Positions 51,983 to 64,000 of a DNA stretch of 64,000 nucleotides are shown here, piece after piece. The notes beneath the pieces are model-generated. The model was not told the DNA's origin, ran no database searches, and saw only the letters and a program-made list of their open reading frames with translations. Where the stretch lies: assembly GCF_006345805.1 (NCBI RefSeq), contig NC_043013.1, positions 29,884,001 to 29,948,000 on the forward strand, in the 5' to 3' direction. The stretch's first letter is position 1, and each line of letters begins with the position of its first letter. The position numbers and the translations under genes are program-made. Origin of the DNA: Octopus sinensis. Its lineage: Eukaryota.

Positions 51983-52223
51983 TCAGTAACAATGAAGGGT
52001 GAAATTAATTAATTTGGAATAATTATCAATTACACCAAGTAGTCTTCGGCATGTAAAAGCCTCATTCGAGGAAAATTTAGGTAATACTAAGCAATTAAGG
52101 GTTTAGCAACGAATTGCCTTACCGCAACATAGTGTACCTCAACATAGTTGCTGTGTGTGTGTGTGTATATATATATGTAAGTCACTGTCTTTGTAGTTGT
52201 ACGTCGTATATATACATACATAC

Positions 52224-52270
<47 letters not shown>

Positions 52271-52431
52271 ACTGTTTTTGTATTTGTTTCTAATTGACAA
52301 CTAGTGTTGGTTTGTTTTTACTGAGATCCCCCTTTTAGTAGAAGAAATAGCTATAATCTCTTTGACTGCTATTTCTAAATTCGGTGTGCGTTAAGGCAAT
52401 TCGTTGCTAAACCCTTAATTGCTTAGTCTTA

Positions 52432-52432
<1 letters not shown>
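51979..52432 (-). mobile_element. Small fold-back insertion between TA arrays carrying a copy of nearby DNA
   Basis: Inverted arms 52081-52126 and 52387-52432 (2 mismatches); interior 52131-52316 matches 56830-57008. Confidence 0.6.
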
Positions 52433-52473
<41 letters not shown>

Positions 52474-52546
52474 TATATATATATTTATATAGATATATGA
52501 AAAAACAAGTCAAAAATAGAAAATGCTAAAATAATTTTATAGTGAA

Positions 52547-52594
52547 CATTTCAGTACCGGTTTCGGTCATTTTGAGACCTTTTCAACTGTAACG
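52547..52594 (-). ncRNA. Minimal type I hammerhead, U3-A8 variant (inverted pLTR copy)
   Basis: Exact reverse complement of 55695-55742. Confidence 0.72.
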
Positions 52595-52837
52595 ATTAAA
52601 TAATTAAATTTAGAAAAATTAGAAGAAAAGTTTTTTTAAAAGAATATTTCTATAGTAGTGTTCAGATTTAAGTGGCATTCTGCCTTTCTCTGACTCCCTT
52701 GTTTGCACTTGTGTGTCGGAGGTCGTTGTGAGTTCTTGGAAGGGTAGTAGAGGAAGAAGGCTGGTGGGGAAAGGGGGATGGGAGAATCTGGGAGTGCCCT
52801 GATGGTCGTATTTTGAATGGTCAGTGGCGGCTGGCAG

Positions 52838-54967
52838 AAAGAAGACATCGCAGAATTCTGCAGAAAATTAAGACTTACTGAGGAGCTATACGATAAATAC
52901 AACGAGGACGAATCGTTAGCCAGAAATAGGAGTAACTACACCCCCTCGAAAGGTAAGAATAAAACACTTGATGATTTCTGTGACCACATATCAAATTACC
53001 CATATCAACATATGCACAAACAAAAACACAAACCAAACTTCAGCAAAAAAGAATGGGCTGAGTTGAACAAATTAAAACTAGATAAAACAATAACAATCAA
53101 AGAGGCCGATAAAGGGAGTGCTGTTGTCTTAATGGACACGACATTTTACATAACTTTGGTACTTTCTATGCTGGAAGACACAACATACTATGAAAAGGCA
53201 CAAAACTACAGTCAACAAAAAATAATGAGGGAACTAAAATCTATATTAAACCCATACAAAGCAGGGCTCACCGACAAAGAATATGATTATATGACCAATT
53301 TCACAAGTAAAACTAGCCAATTCTACGTTATACCTAAGATCCACAAAAGTGAAAAAATAAGCAACGCATGCAAGATAGCTACAGACAAAATAATTAAAGT
53401 CCCTAATCCTAATGACCTCAAATTGAGACCCATAATAGCAGGTCCCGCATGCGAAACCCACCGCCTCAGTAACTTTTTAGACACCCTGTTAAAACCACTC
53501 CTCAAACATGTCAAAAGTTATATAAGGGACGACTTAGATATGCTCAATCACCTACCGAATACTATAAACAAAAACACCATACTGGTATCCTTCGATGTAG
53601 TCAACCTCTACTCCAATATTCCCCACAACCTAGGACTAGAGGCAATCCAATTCTGGCTAGAGAATCACGCCAACGAACTACCACACCGCATCAAAAAAGA
53701 ATTTGTGATAGAAGGGGTCAAATTCATCCTGGAAAATAACTTCTTCGCCTTCAATGACAACTTCTACCGACAAAAATCGGGGACTGCGATGGGTACACGA
53801 ATGGCCCCCTCCTTTGCCAACCTAGTCATAGGATACCTAGAGATCAGTCTGTATCGTAAGGTTCTAGAAAGATATGGCAGCCCTTTCTCCATCTACATAG
53901 AAAACAACTGTTTCATCCTTTGGCATAAAAATATAGAAAAACTCATAGAATTCCAGAAAATTTTAAACGGACTGGACGTAAACATCCAATTCACGATGGA
54001 ATATAGCCAACAACAACTCCCCTTCCTCGATATCCTCATTAAGAAAGCTAATAATATAATAGAAACAGACATATACTATAAGCCTACAGACTCTAAGCAA
54101 TATCTTCCATTCAATTCATGCCACCCCAGACACACCAGGATGAATATCCCCTTCAATCTAGCAAAAAGGATATGCACTATAGTCTCTAACGCAAACACCC
54201 GAGACACACGACTACAAGAACTAAAAGATACCCTAATCACCAGGAACTATCCACCTTCACTTATTGACAAGTGCATTCAACGTGCCCTTCAACTTAACAT
54301 CAAGGAACTGAGACATCCCAAATCAAAGAAAAACTTACAACCAAAAGCCTTACCATACATCTCCACACACAACCCTCTCAATAACGAAGCCTTCGACACC
54401 ATCCTCCACAACATACCCCTCCTAAAAAAAGACCACAGAATGAACACAATCCTCCAAACACACACGATCATAAAAAGCAAAAGACAGCCTAGATCCATGA
54501 AAAGTCTCCTTACACAAGCCCGAATTCACTCCTCAACACAGAAGCCGACAGTAAAAAAATGTGGAAGACCCAATTGCGGGATATGCGACTATCTAATTGA
54601 GGGATCAGAGTTCTCCTTCAAGCAGGGACAACGGTTTACAGTGAAAAGCAACTTCACATGTGCTTCGGAGAACCTAATATACTCACTAACCTGCTCCGGG
54701 TGTCAAGAGCAGTACATAGGCCAAACAAAAAATGGTTTGCGTAAACGAATGGCCCTGCACAGATCCCAGATAAAAATTCCCCAAAACAGAAAAATAGCTT
54801 TTAGCCAACACATAGATACTTGCGCCAACAAAAAAACACCAAACTTCAGAATTTTCCCCCTCTACCAATTTAGGGACGATACAACCTCGAGACAACGAAT
54901 AAGTAAAGAAAATCTCTTTATTACAAAATACAAGCCACTTCTAAACGGGTCTACGACAAACAATTAA
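52838..54967 (+). CDS. PLE RT + Cys linker + GIY-YIG endonuclease; 5'-truncated; RT motif C deleted
   Basis: IKEADKG, FYVIPKIHK, LRPII, SFDVVNLYSNIP, GTAMGTRMAPSFANL, LPFLDI, CGRPNCGIC, LIYSLTCSGCQEQYIGQT..R..H. IENNCFILW stands where R(Y/F)xDD is expected. The track's start at 52817 lies inside the inverted pLTR. Confidence 0.92.
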   Translation, partial: KEDIAEFCRKLRLTEELYDKYNEDESLARNRSNYTPSKGKNKTLDDFCDHISNYPYQHMHKQKHKPNFSKKEWAELNKLKLDKTITIKEADKGSAVVLMDTTFYITLVLSMLEDTTYYEKAQNYSQQKIMRELKSILNPYKAGLTDKEYDYMTNFTSKTSQFYVIPKIHKSEKISNACKIATDKIIKVPNPNDLKLRPIIAGPACETHRLSNFLDTLLKPLLKHVKSYIRDDLDMLNHLPNTINKNTILVSFDVVNLYSNIPHNLGLEAIQFWLENHANELPHRIKKEFVIEGVKFILENNFFAFNDNFYRQKSGTAMGTRMAPSFANLVIGYLEISLYRKVLERYGSPFSIYIENNCFILWHKNIEKLIEFQKILNGLDVNIQFTMEYSQQQLPFLDILIKKANNIIETDIYYKPTDSKQYLPFNSCHPRHTRMNIPFNLAKRICTIVSNANTRDTRLQELKDTLITRNYPPSLIDKCIQRALQLNIKELRHPKSKKNLQPKALPYISTHNPLNNEAFDTILHNIPLLKKDHRMNTILQTHTIIKSKRQPRSMKSLLTQARIHSSTQKPTVKKCGRPNCGICDYLIEGSEFSFKQGQRFTVKSNFTCASENLIYSLTCSGCQEQYIGQTKNGLRKRMALHRSQIKIPQNRKIAFSQHIDTCANKKTPNFRIFPLYQFRDDTTSRQRISKENLFITKYKPLLNGSTTNN

Positions 54968-55084
54968 TATACCTCAACTTTAGAATAAAAGAAAAAAATA
55001 TATATACACACAAATATTACACTCCATAGAATCCATTACTAATCAGCCCCTTCATAGCTATACTTACACCCATTCATATTCCCC

Positions 55085-55330
55085 CTTCTCTGTTTTTTTT
55101 TCTTCTTCTTCTTCCTCTTCTTCTTCATCATCATCATTATCATCATCATCGTCGTCATCATCATCACCACCATCATCACCACCATCTTCTCCTTCTCCTC
55201 CTTCTTCTTCATCATCATCATTATCATCATCATTGTCGTCATAATCATCACCACCACCACCATCATCGTCATCTTCTCCTTCTCCTTCTCCTTCTCCTTC
55301 TCCTTCTTCTTCTTCTTCTACTTCTCCACC
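55085..55330. repeat. Compound TTC/ATC/ACC/TCC triplet tract inside the PLE 3' region, with an internal higher-order duplication
   Basis: The block TTCTTCTTCATCATCATCATTATCATCATCAT(C/T)GTCGTCAT occurs twice. Confidence 0.9.
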
Positions 55331-55694
55331 CCCTACCCCTTAACTTTGTCACTAATGTTTTTTAGTATAACACCTACGCTAATTCTATAAACCTACGCTA
55401 ATTCTATAAACAAGCCTGTCAATATAAATATTCTCCTGAATTGGACTGAGACTGCCAGCCGCCACTGACCATTCAAAATACGACCATCAGGGCACTCCCA
55501 GATTCTCCCATCCCCCTTTCCCCACCAGCCTTCTTCCTCTACTACCCTTCCAAGAACTCACAACGACCTCCGACACACAAGTGCAAACAAGGGAGTCAGA
55601 GAAAGGCAGAATGCCACTTAAATCTGAACACTACTATAGAAATATTCTTTTAAAAAAACTTTTCTTCTAATTTTCCTAAATTTAATTATTTAAT

Positions 55695-55742
55695 CGTTAC
55701 AGTTGAAAAGGTCTCAAAATGACCGAAACCGGTACTGAAATG
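55695..55742 (+). ncRNA. Minimal type I hammerhead, U3-A8 variant
   Basis: CGTTACAG TTGAAAA GGTC TCAAAAT GACC GAAA CCGG TA CTGAAATG: stem I 7/8 pairs, stem II 4 bp, palindromic stem III ACCGGT, GUA cleavage triplet. Confidence 0.75.
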
Positions 55743-55824
55743 TTCACTATAAAATTATTTTAGCATTTTCTATTTTTGACTTGTTTTTTCATATATATCA
55801 ACTCGTGTGTTCCTTTTCACCCTT

Positions 55825-55862
<38 letters not shown>

Positions 55863-56259
55863 GGCTAGGCATATTAAAAGGGATCCGTGAGAAAAGTTAT
55901 TTAGATAGAAGGGTTGGGAACCACTGTTGGAACCACTGATATAATAGGATCGCGTATCGCGCATCTTATAGTAGTAAGGAAGTTATCGGGAAGTCGATAT
56001 TTAAATAAGTTCACATCAAAAACTATTTTCTTTGCTCAACAAATGTATTCACTTCTACTAAAAGTATTGAATATTTTGCCGAGTTACATTAAGCTTCTTT
56101 TGATTTCTTACAAAGTAAAGATTTCAAACATTTTAGAGCAAAAGTTCAGCCGAAGAATTCGGACCCCCTACTTAACTAATACTTTAGATCAATCCCGGAA
56201 AGTTGAAAGCCAAAACTAATCCTTAGGTGTGATTTTAATTCAGAATGTAAAAGTATATC

Positions 56260-56673
56260 AGCGCAAACGTGGCTGTGTGATAAGAAGCTTGCTTCCCAAC
56301 CGCTTGATTCCGGATTAAGTCCTACTGCATGGCATTTTGGGCAAGTGTCTTCTATTATGGTCCCGGGCCGACCAAAGACTTGTGAGTGAATTTGGTAGAC
56401 AGAAACTGAAAGAATCCCGTCGTATGTATATATACGCATATATATCTATGTGTGTATGTGTGTGTGTGTCTATGTCTGTGTTTGTCTCCCTCCGGCTTGA
56501 CAATCGGTTTTGGTGTGTTTATATTCTCGTAACTTAGCGACTCGGCAGAATTGAACAGTAGAATAAGTACCAAGCTTAAAAAGTTCCTGAGTCGATTTGT
56601 TTGACTAACACCATTCGATTTAGTGCTGTAGTATAGCCGCAGTCAAGACTGAAGAACATAAAAGATAAAAGAT
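56260..56673 (+). mobile_element. SINE family S1
   Basis: GTGGCTGTGTGATAAGAAGCTTGC..GGTAGACAGAAACTGAAAGAATCCCGTCG..ATAAAAGATAAAAGAT. Confidence 0.85.
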
Positions 56674-56829
56674 AACTAAATTCCACTTGTCTTTTCATTT
56701 GGTGTTCGTTTTTAATTTCCAAATCCGAAACTAATAATAAATAATTAGAAACCAAATACAAGTTTTGACGGGCACAGTTTTGATACTCAACTGACATATG
56801 AAAACTACTTTTCACAATAAAAGCCAGTC

Positions 56830-57125
56830 AGTGTACCTCAACATAGTTGCTGTGTGTGTGTGTGTATATATATATGTAAGTCACTGTCTTTGTAGTTGTA
56901 CGTCGTATATATACATACATACATACATATGTGTGTGTGTGTGTGTGTGTGTGTGTCACTGTTTTTGTATTTGTTTCTAAGTCAATTGACAACTAGTGTT
57001 GGTTTGTTAACGTTCTCTTATCTTAGTTGTTCAGCAAAAGAAGCTGATAAATAAGACTTATTCTAAGATAAGCACTACTGGTGTTGATTTGTTCGACTAA
57101 ACCCTTCAAGGCGGTGTCCCAGGAG
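56830..57125 (+). mobile_element. Decayed S1 SINE (middle and 3' part)
   Basis: TTGACAACTAGTGTTGGTTTGTT..TTCAGCAAAAGA..GATTTGTTCGACTAAA..AAGGCGGTG. Confidence 0.65.
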
Positions 57126-60100
57126 TCAGATTTTAAATTGATGTAACTACATGCTGCCAAAAAATTTCTCAATTTCTGACATCTCAATTGACCGTAGATA
57201 TTTTCCAGCTCATAGAGATGTGGTAGCACGGGTAATAATACCACGTTTTAATGCCGCTATTATGTCCATTCTTCAGAGAACGAGCCATCCTAATTTTATA
57301 GAGTTTTAAATATTTACAGAGCTTTAAATATTTATAAAAGCTTTCCATTCTGTTTATTGTCTTAATTTGAAGGCTTTACGACGATCTCCAAATATTTTAA
57401 TATCTAATGGGTTACTTCAGTTTGCCATCTGGATTTGATTACCAGTTGTTTATTTCAGTCATATATCCACCCGTAACAACATGTAACGCCAACTGTCATT
57501 AAATAGAGGCGCACTGTTTGGAAGGTTTATGTCTCTGTTGTTGATAGTGCGTACTATGATCAGGATACAAATTAGGGACCACCCTCCGAATTGACCAGCT
57601 GCAGCATCAGCCGTAATCTCTGCAGAGATTTATTTTCACATACTTCTAAATTTTTATTTCCAGGAGATAAAAGAAAACAGGATATTCTGGTATTCCTGAT
57701 TTCCCAAAGAACAATAATATGTTAATGATATGTTAAGATGAACAGCTTCAACCGGAATTGAGGCTTATGCTTTGGTTTCGACATATTTTAAAGAATTAGG
57801 AAAAGTGGAAACATTTCTGTCCTGATATGATTTGAACTCAGATGTAGTGTTGTCTACAATCTATCAATTATGCTATAATGCTTACCTATAAAAGTTATCT
57901 GATGATCAATAGATATTTCAAAGCAATTCAGAAATAATGTTAAAGGAAAGTGCAGAAGTTGTTTAAGCAAAGGCCAGTTCTGTATTTAAGGTGCAACATT
58001 TCAATACTTTGGTAAGGTATTAGTATAGTCGTTTGTTGCAAGTTTGTTTCATTGATTCACTCATTTTTAAATCCAGTAATGTTCCAGCTGTTGTAATACC
58101 CAGTTTTTCTTAAACTCTATATAATATCGGATTTACAAGATAAAGAAATAGGACGCATCGTCATATAAATCAATAAGCGCTGCAACAGATAAATATATTT
58201 GCATAGTATTTTCCTTGTTGTGGTAGACTGTATTGTAGAAGAAAAGTTAAGCACCAAACATGCCACGTAATTCTCTTCTTAGTTTGATACAATTTGACTA
58301 CTGTTCACTTTCCTACTGCAAATGTTTTCCTGAAAGTTATGTTGTTTATGCAATTCCACTTGGTTTTCACTATTATGCAAGAGATTTTCTCTATCATATA
58401 ATTGTAAATATAAAAATTGGCCAGTGGAGAGGAACGGTTGTATTTTCAGTTATTTCCATTTATCTGTATTATGATTATTATTGTATATGTAGTAACGATG
58501 CTTTTTTATGAATTTTCTATCGATAAAATAAATTATCAGTTATATGCTGGTCGACTCAAATCGGTGACACAAGTAACACTGTAGTGTATATTTAGTTCAG
58601 TAATAAATTATGAGGCCAAGAATTTTCTCTTGAGTTTGTTTAATTTTAGTGTGGTAGTTATTCCATAAAAATGTGCACGTATAACTTCGCTGGTCAGAAA
58701 ATATACAACTAAATAGTTTGCTGCTGCAGAGGACGGAACCTCTGTAAAATTGAGTGTTTCATTTATTTGGAAGTCAGTTGAATATCCTACTGTGGGTATC
58801 GACGAGAGAAAGATGAATTAAACCAGATACATTATATAACGACCAAGGCTTCCTCTATCTTTGCTGCTGAGTATTTGTGTAGGCGCATATCAATATGTGA
58901 AGGTAGAAACTTTCACGTAAATGTTAGTCCAATAATTTACATTTACTAATTTGTTTATATGCTGTTCTCTTCTCATTTATCAGATAAACAGATTTATCTG
59001 AAATAATTTCAAAATCTCTAAAGAAGTGTTTCTTAACATATCGTAATTGTGTCTACATTATAAATCGTCTAGATCGGCGGCTAACCATTTAAAGACGCAA
59101 TAATCTAATAGAATTTCAATGTTGCTATTGTCAGCCATACAGAATAAATTTGAAAGAATATAACATTTTGGAGAAGTCTCCAATATTCAGAAATTATAAT
59201 GGCAATCTTTTCAAAACGTATTTCTTTAGAATTTTTAAACATAAAATGAGAAAGAAATTGTATGTTTTCAAAATTGTAGTAAAAATGGTGTCTTCCGATT
59301 AATACTTGAATATAAAAGAAGGCAAACTCAACTGTTAACGTCTTTTCAGATCGTCAGTGCGTCCTTTTCCTTTGCTTTGTATTTTTTACTGTTTAACTTG
59401 CCAAAATGTTAAGCTTGAGTCGTGCAACGTCTCTATTAAAGAACATTGAAAAGTCCAACAAAGCTAAATTTGTTTGATATTGATTTTACATAAACTTTGA
59501 ATAAAATGTTTTTCAGATGTGCACTTATGGTAGCAATCATTGATTGCATCTCCTTTCTACATATTATTTTATTCTTCAGAAAATAGATTAATGTTTTCCT
59601 TTTCTCCCTTTTCACCAAAGAGAATGGATCGGAAAATATTTTACATTTAATTTAAATAAACAACAACAATTAAATCTGAGACATCATCATCATCATAATA
59701 CAAAATCATTATCAATATTAACTACAGCAATCAGAACAACAACGACATCATCATAAAACAACAACTGGAGGCAACGACTCCACACGAACGACAGCTTCAA
59801 TCACCATTAATTTCAGCCATTTCTTTTAGAGGCTCGTAATTAAATTAGTCTGTGGAAGTTTGATATGCTAAAATTGGAAATTATTGGATGAAGCTCTTTG
59901 CAATAAACTTTAAATATAACACAATATATTAAAAATAAATAAATAAATAAATAAATTTTAAACACAAAAACGTAATAAAAATGTTTTAAAACCCACAAAA
60001 TGTAGCAACATATGATTTTAAAACTGCAAAACTGGCAACAATAGCAAATAAAATGTCAAGATTTACGAACAAAGAAATACTAATTTCTTCGAAATTGGAA

Positions 60101-60504
60101 AGTACCTATAAATGCAACATTCTTTAAAATGCATTTATTAATTCAAAGCCATTAATGACGACTAAAATTAATTGATACAGATTTAACCTCAAGAACTAAG
60201 TTTAACAAATTTCCTGAAGTTAGCAGTTGCATGGACTTAATATATTGCATAATATTGAATTCGTTGTTTCCAGCTGTTCTGTACTATTGCAATTCATTTA
60301 ATTCGATCGAGCTCGTGCACGCTCTCTGTTGCATCTGTTCTTGTACAAAAACATTTTTCCACACGCTAAAAATAGCATATTATTACTTATTATTACACAA
60401 AAGTGTGCCACGGTGCAAGACTTAAAATACCAACAAATCAATATGTCAGAGAATATTCAGCTCTCGGTTCCAATTGTTTCTCATTACTTATACAGCTATA
60501 AGGA

Positions 60505-60705
60505 GCGAGCTGGCAGAATCGTCAGCGCATCAGATCAAATGTTAGCGATATTTCTTCCTGTTCAAATTTTACCGAGGTCAACTTTGTAATTCATTCTTTT
60601 GGAGTCGATGAAATAAGTAGTGCCAATTGAGTACTGGAATCGATATGATCAATTAGTCCTCGTTTTCCAAATCTGCTGGGTTTTCTTTTACCAAAATAAG
60701 AAACT
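60505..60705 (-). mobile_element. Decayed S2-type SINE sequence
   Basis: GGAGCGAGCTGGCAGAATCGTCAGC on the plus strand, then reverse GGAGTCGATGAAATAAGTA..GATCAATTAG; fragments are in mixed orientation. Confidence 0.5.
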
Positions 60706-62099
60706 ACTATATACACTGCTCTATGAATCCTCCTGTAGACAACTTTTCCACTCAACCCTCCGGAGTAAATGAAATAAAGTGTCACTGATGTGGTACATTC
60801 GATGGTCTGGACTAACTCCAATCCCTTATAATTGCTGGCCTTGAGCCTAAATCAGAAACTCCTATATTGCTATCTTCACCACGAAATAATATTTGAACAT
60901 CACACATTCTCATTACTTTGCTTAAACAAAGTTTACCAAAAGCTGCAATCCAAAATTGTCCGTCAATTTATATTACGGAGTTAGGGTCTCCCAATTTTCT
61001 ATCCTGAAAAGAATTACCATTAATGCAAATAATTTCACTTTTAATTACAAATGTAATTCCAATTAATTAAAAGTTATTTTTATTTAACTACATTGCATAT
61101 GTTACTCTGAAGTTGGTGGCAAATTGAGAGACGGCGGAGAAGCTTCTAGATAACTTTAATTTTCTATTTTTAATTGCTTATAAAATACATCAATTTTGCA
61201 AGATAGCATTTATTAAAATAGAAATTTATTTTAGATGACATAAAGATGTACAATAGTAGTTCCGTTGTGCTTGTTGCCTGGAAGGATAGTTAAGCAAACG
61301 ACCTTACAAAAGAATAATCATTTCGAGGTTGTATGTCTTTCTAAAACAATGAACCTATGAATGTTTAGGCCGTTGCTTTCTATTTTCGACAACAAAATAA
61401 AATTGCGCTCTTACATGAAATTCATATTAAACTAGTTGATTATAGGGAAAGACAAATATATATATTTGTTTGTTTTCATGTTTCACTACTGCCTAATTGA
61501 GAAAAGATATATTATCAATTAAAAACGTCATTTTCGCGAACATATTTTGGCTAAGAAAATAAATCTAGTTTATAGTGCTATATAACAACAGCATTGTTAT
61601 TTAGTATCAAATCAGCTATGACATCTAGTAAATTTAAAGACTTACAGGCTTGAACACATTTTCTTTTCAATGATATGTAAATGCTTAATACAATGTCCTT
61701 CCTTCTTCTGGAAATAACGTGCGGATTTATAGATTACAATATTCTAACTCAGACTGATTAGTTGTGAACTGGCGAAGATTTGGCTGCTATTTCTCATGGA
61801 CCGAGTGTCCGTTTTAGGTCATTATTCTGAAATGGAATGTCTTTAACTAAATCTGCAACATCAACTTTACGTAACATAATAATCAATGACATTGTCTACA
61901 ACTAACGACACTTGAGACAATGCCATATACATTTTCATGATTGCAAAGGATTTAATTAAAGTTAATCAAATTATCTTCCTTCGTCACTTTCACAGTAACC
62001 ACGATATATTTAATTACAGCTTTCATATTCTGAGTTTTATATTTAGAATTAATTACGTCATGTGTATTCTGGGATCGATTTTGCTTTCTTTCATGCTGG

Positions 62100-62770
62100 T
62101 CGATATGCAGAATCTAAGATTTTGAACAAGAAACGGGCAAGGTAATTGACACTCGTCGCCAGGAGCATGGTCATGAAAGCACAGATGTGAACAGTCCTGA
62201 TCCAGTGTATCGGAAGCTGTCGCCGCCACTTCATGCGATACATCATAGGTGGGGTTTTGATCAACATGGGTGGATAATGTCAAGCAGCGTTACTTATTGG
62301 CTGTCCTCAATGCAGTCGGTTTTGGTCCCGTCTTCAGAGGCTGCATCGCTTCAATGATCAGGGGTGTCTGCTTGGTCGTCAAAATAAATGGTCACCTTTA
62401 GAATCATTTGAAATGACACGATTGGTCCGATAACGTTGACTTCTTCCATCTCTTACGTATTTACTAACGCTCCAACCAATCTAGTGGAAGCTAAAGCCAT
62501 TGAAAGGCAACCCGCTCTAACTGGGATGATTAAGAGTCATGTCGATACGGAAATCGAGATGCCTGATAACATTATAAAGGAAATTGAGAATATAGCAGGA
62601 TCAAAAATCAATCAGGGAAAATTAGTAGGCTTGTGAGTGCGCCTGAGAAGACAATTTCTAGCCTTCAAATAGCATCAGGGGCAATGGACGGATAGTTTCG
62701 TGTTGTTTGCTTTAGTCCAGACATCCAGGTGGATAAGAAACGGAGACACATTTACAAGAAAGGTGATTAA
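62100..62770 (+). pseudogene. L1/Tx1-clade RT relic
   Basis: Hand translation: AESKILNKKRAR*LTLVA, MRYII, QRYLLAVLNAVGFGPVFRG, VKINGHL, GSKINQGKLVGL, WTD, FSPDIQVDK. Confidence 0.72.
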
Positions 62771-63124
62771 TCTTACCCAGAAATAAGTTGAAAGGAAGCT
62801 ATTCTTGAAAAGTCTGCAGATAGGATAAAAACATACGTAACCCTCATTATATACTACCTATTGACTGTTGTAATTTACCCCAGCTCACATCTGACCGGGA
62901 TGGACTAATGCTATTTAGTTTCTTGCAGAAGTGTTGGTGATATCACTTTTCCTTGGACGTAGAGTAGTAAAAGTAAATATGGTTGGTGTGCTTCGTTTGG
63001 AAGGCCTTAAGAAAGAGTTTTATTTTTATAGACCATACATCTATAGATACCTCTCCGTAGATATATACTGTAGCTGGTAGCAGAACAGGAGAACTCTCAG
63101 TTAACTGAGAAGTTGTTGCACTGT

Positions 63125-63480
63125 GGAGGAGGAACCTGGGCATGGGGGATCACATTGATAGTTTTCTGTCCATGACTCTGTTAAACACAAATTACTAGAT
63201 GTTGGCCACAATGTTTATTAGCAAAGTGGTTGGTTCTTGTAGACTCTGAAGTAATTGGTGTTGCGCAAACATGCCTCATCCCGAAGAAAGATATTTATGG
63301 CAATCACCTCCTCGTGCAATATATCATAAAGAAGATGGGTAAGAAATATGGTATGGCTGAGACTCTGATCAGTCTAGCTCAATCAAAAGCTTTTGACATG
63401 ATACCATGCAGCTGCAGTCTCGGTGGCCCATTTCGGTCACGACTTCCGCGATTGATTTGCCATAATACAGGATGATAGCT
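63125..63480 (+). pseudogene. Second L1/Tx1-clade RT relic
   Basis: GDHIDSFLSMTLLNTNY*, then LAKWLVLV..IGVAQTCLIP..IYGNHLLVQYII..LISLAQSKAFD (ORF 63230-63475). Confidence 0.75.
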
Positions 63481-63541
63481 GACAAATATACGATGCCTAA
63501 TATGCGATGTCTATGAATCACGACCATATTTGCATGACATG

Positions 63542-63639
63542 GTGACCCTATATAAAGATAAACAGGTAGTTAGAATTTCCTTATGGTCAGGTGACACCAT
63601 ATCAAGATAAACAGATAATTAGAATCTCCTTATGGTCAG
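63542..63639. repeat. 49-bp tandem duplication, with a partial third copy near 63697
   Basis: GTGAC.C.ATAT.AAGATAAACAG.TA.TTAGAAT.TCCTTATGGTCAG occurs twice. Confidence 0.8.
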
Positions 63640-64000
63640 ATGAAGGTTGTTTCTATGTGTGAAGTACTCAGGCCATATGTGCATGACGTAGTGCTTTATA
63701 TCAAGATAAACAGCACAAGACTTTACAGGTAGGGCCTTGTTAGAATCTTCTGATGATCAGGCAAGGGCTATTTCCATTTGTGAATTATTGTGACACCCAG
63801 CTATGATGCTTCCCAACTACTCCTGTCTTGGAGTAAAGTTTGTTTGCCAACATAACATGGCAGTCCTGTAATTTAGCCCCAGGAATCATTGTCTCCATCT
63901 GGCTATACGACACGATCTTTGTCCTTATATTTTCGAACAAGGGAATTTAGCACCCCCACTCAGCTCAAAACAATATCTATGCATCGCGATTTCTGGGTTA

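Larger units (their letters stand above)
52493..55827 (+). mobile_element. Neptune-like Penelope element with inverted pseudo-LTRs, in a (TA)n array
   Basis: 52493-52837 is the reverse complement of 55452-55796 (one substitution seen); about 30-bp extra tail; TA arrays on both sides. Confidence 0.93.

Noticed and set aside
52030-52080. Minus-strand CTCGAATGA GGC..GCC GAAGAC as a hammerhead
   Set aside because: Stem II and orientation fit, but both core halves need indels and stem I is unconvincing.

Overview
AT-rich, microsatellite-dense eukaryotic DNA with no host gene I can support. The SINE families and repeat landscape look like an octopus (coleoid cephalopod) genome; this is inferred from recalled SINE sequences, not a search. 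The window is mostly retroelements that divide up the microsatellites. (1) At least ten copies or fragments of R4/Dong-like non-LTR elements (RT, CCHC knuckle, restriction-like endonuclease) sit in (AAT)n arrays, always with the element sense strand reading AAT. (2) Penelope-like elements (PLEs) and their pseudo-LTR remnants sit in (TA)n arrays. One is a very young 5.7-kb palindrome at 21181-26855, built from a nearly complete RT+GIY-YIG ORF and an inverted 2.4-kb copy. Another is a Neptune-like PLE at 52493-55827 with 345-bp inverted pLTRs, a U3-A8 variant hammerhead ribozyme in each pLTR, and an in-frame loss of the RT catalytic YxDD motif. Several small fold-back pLTR relics carry decayed hammerheads. 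Also present: a 5'-truncated RTE LINE with an open RT, a decayed mariner, a decayed Helitron helicase not shown by the ORF track, two L1/Tx1 RT relics, and four tRNA-derived SINE families. All alignments and counts were done by eye.
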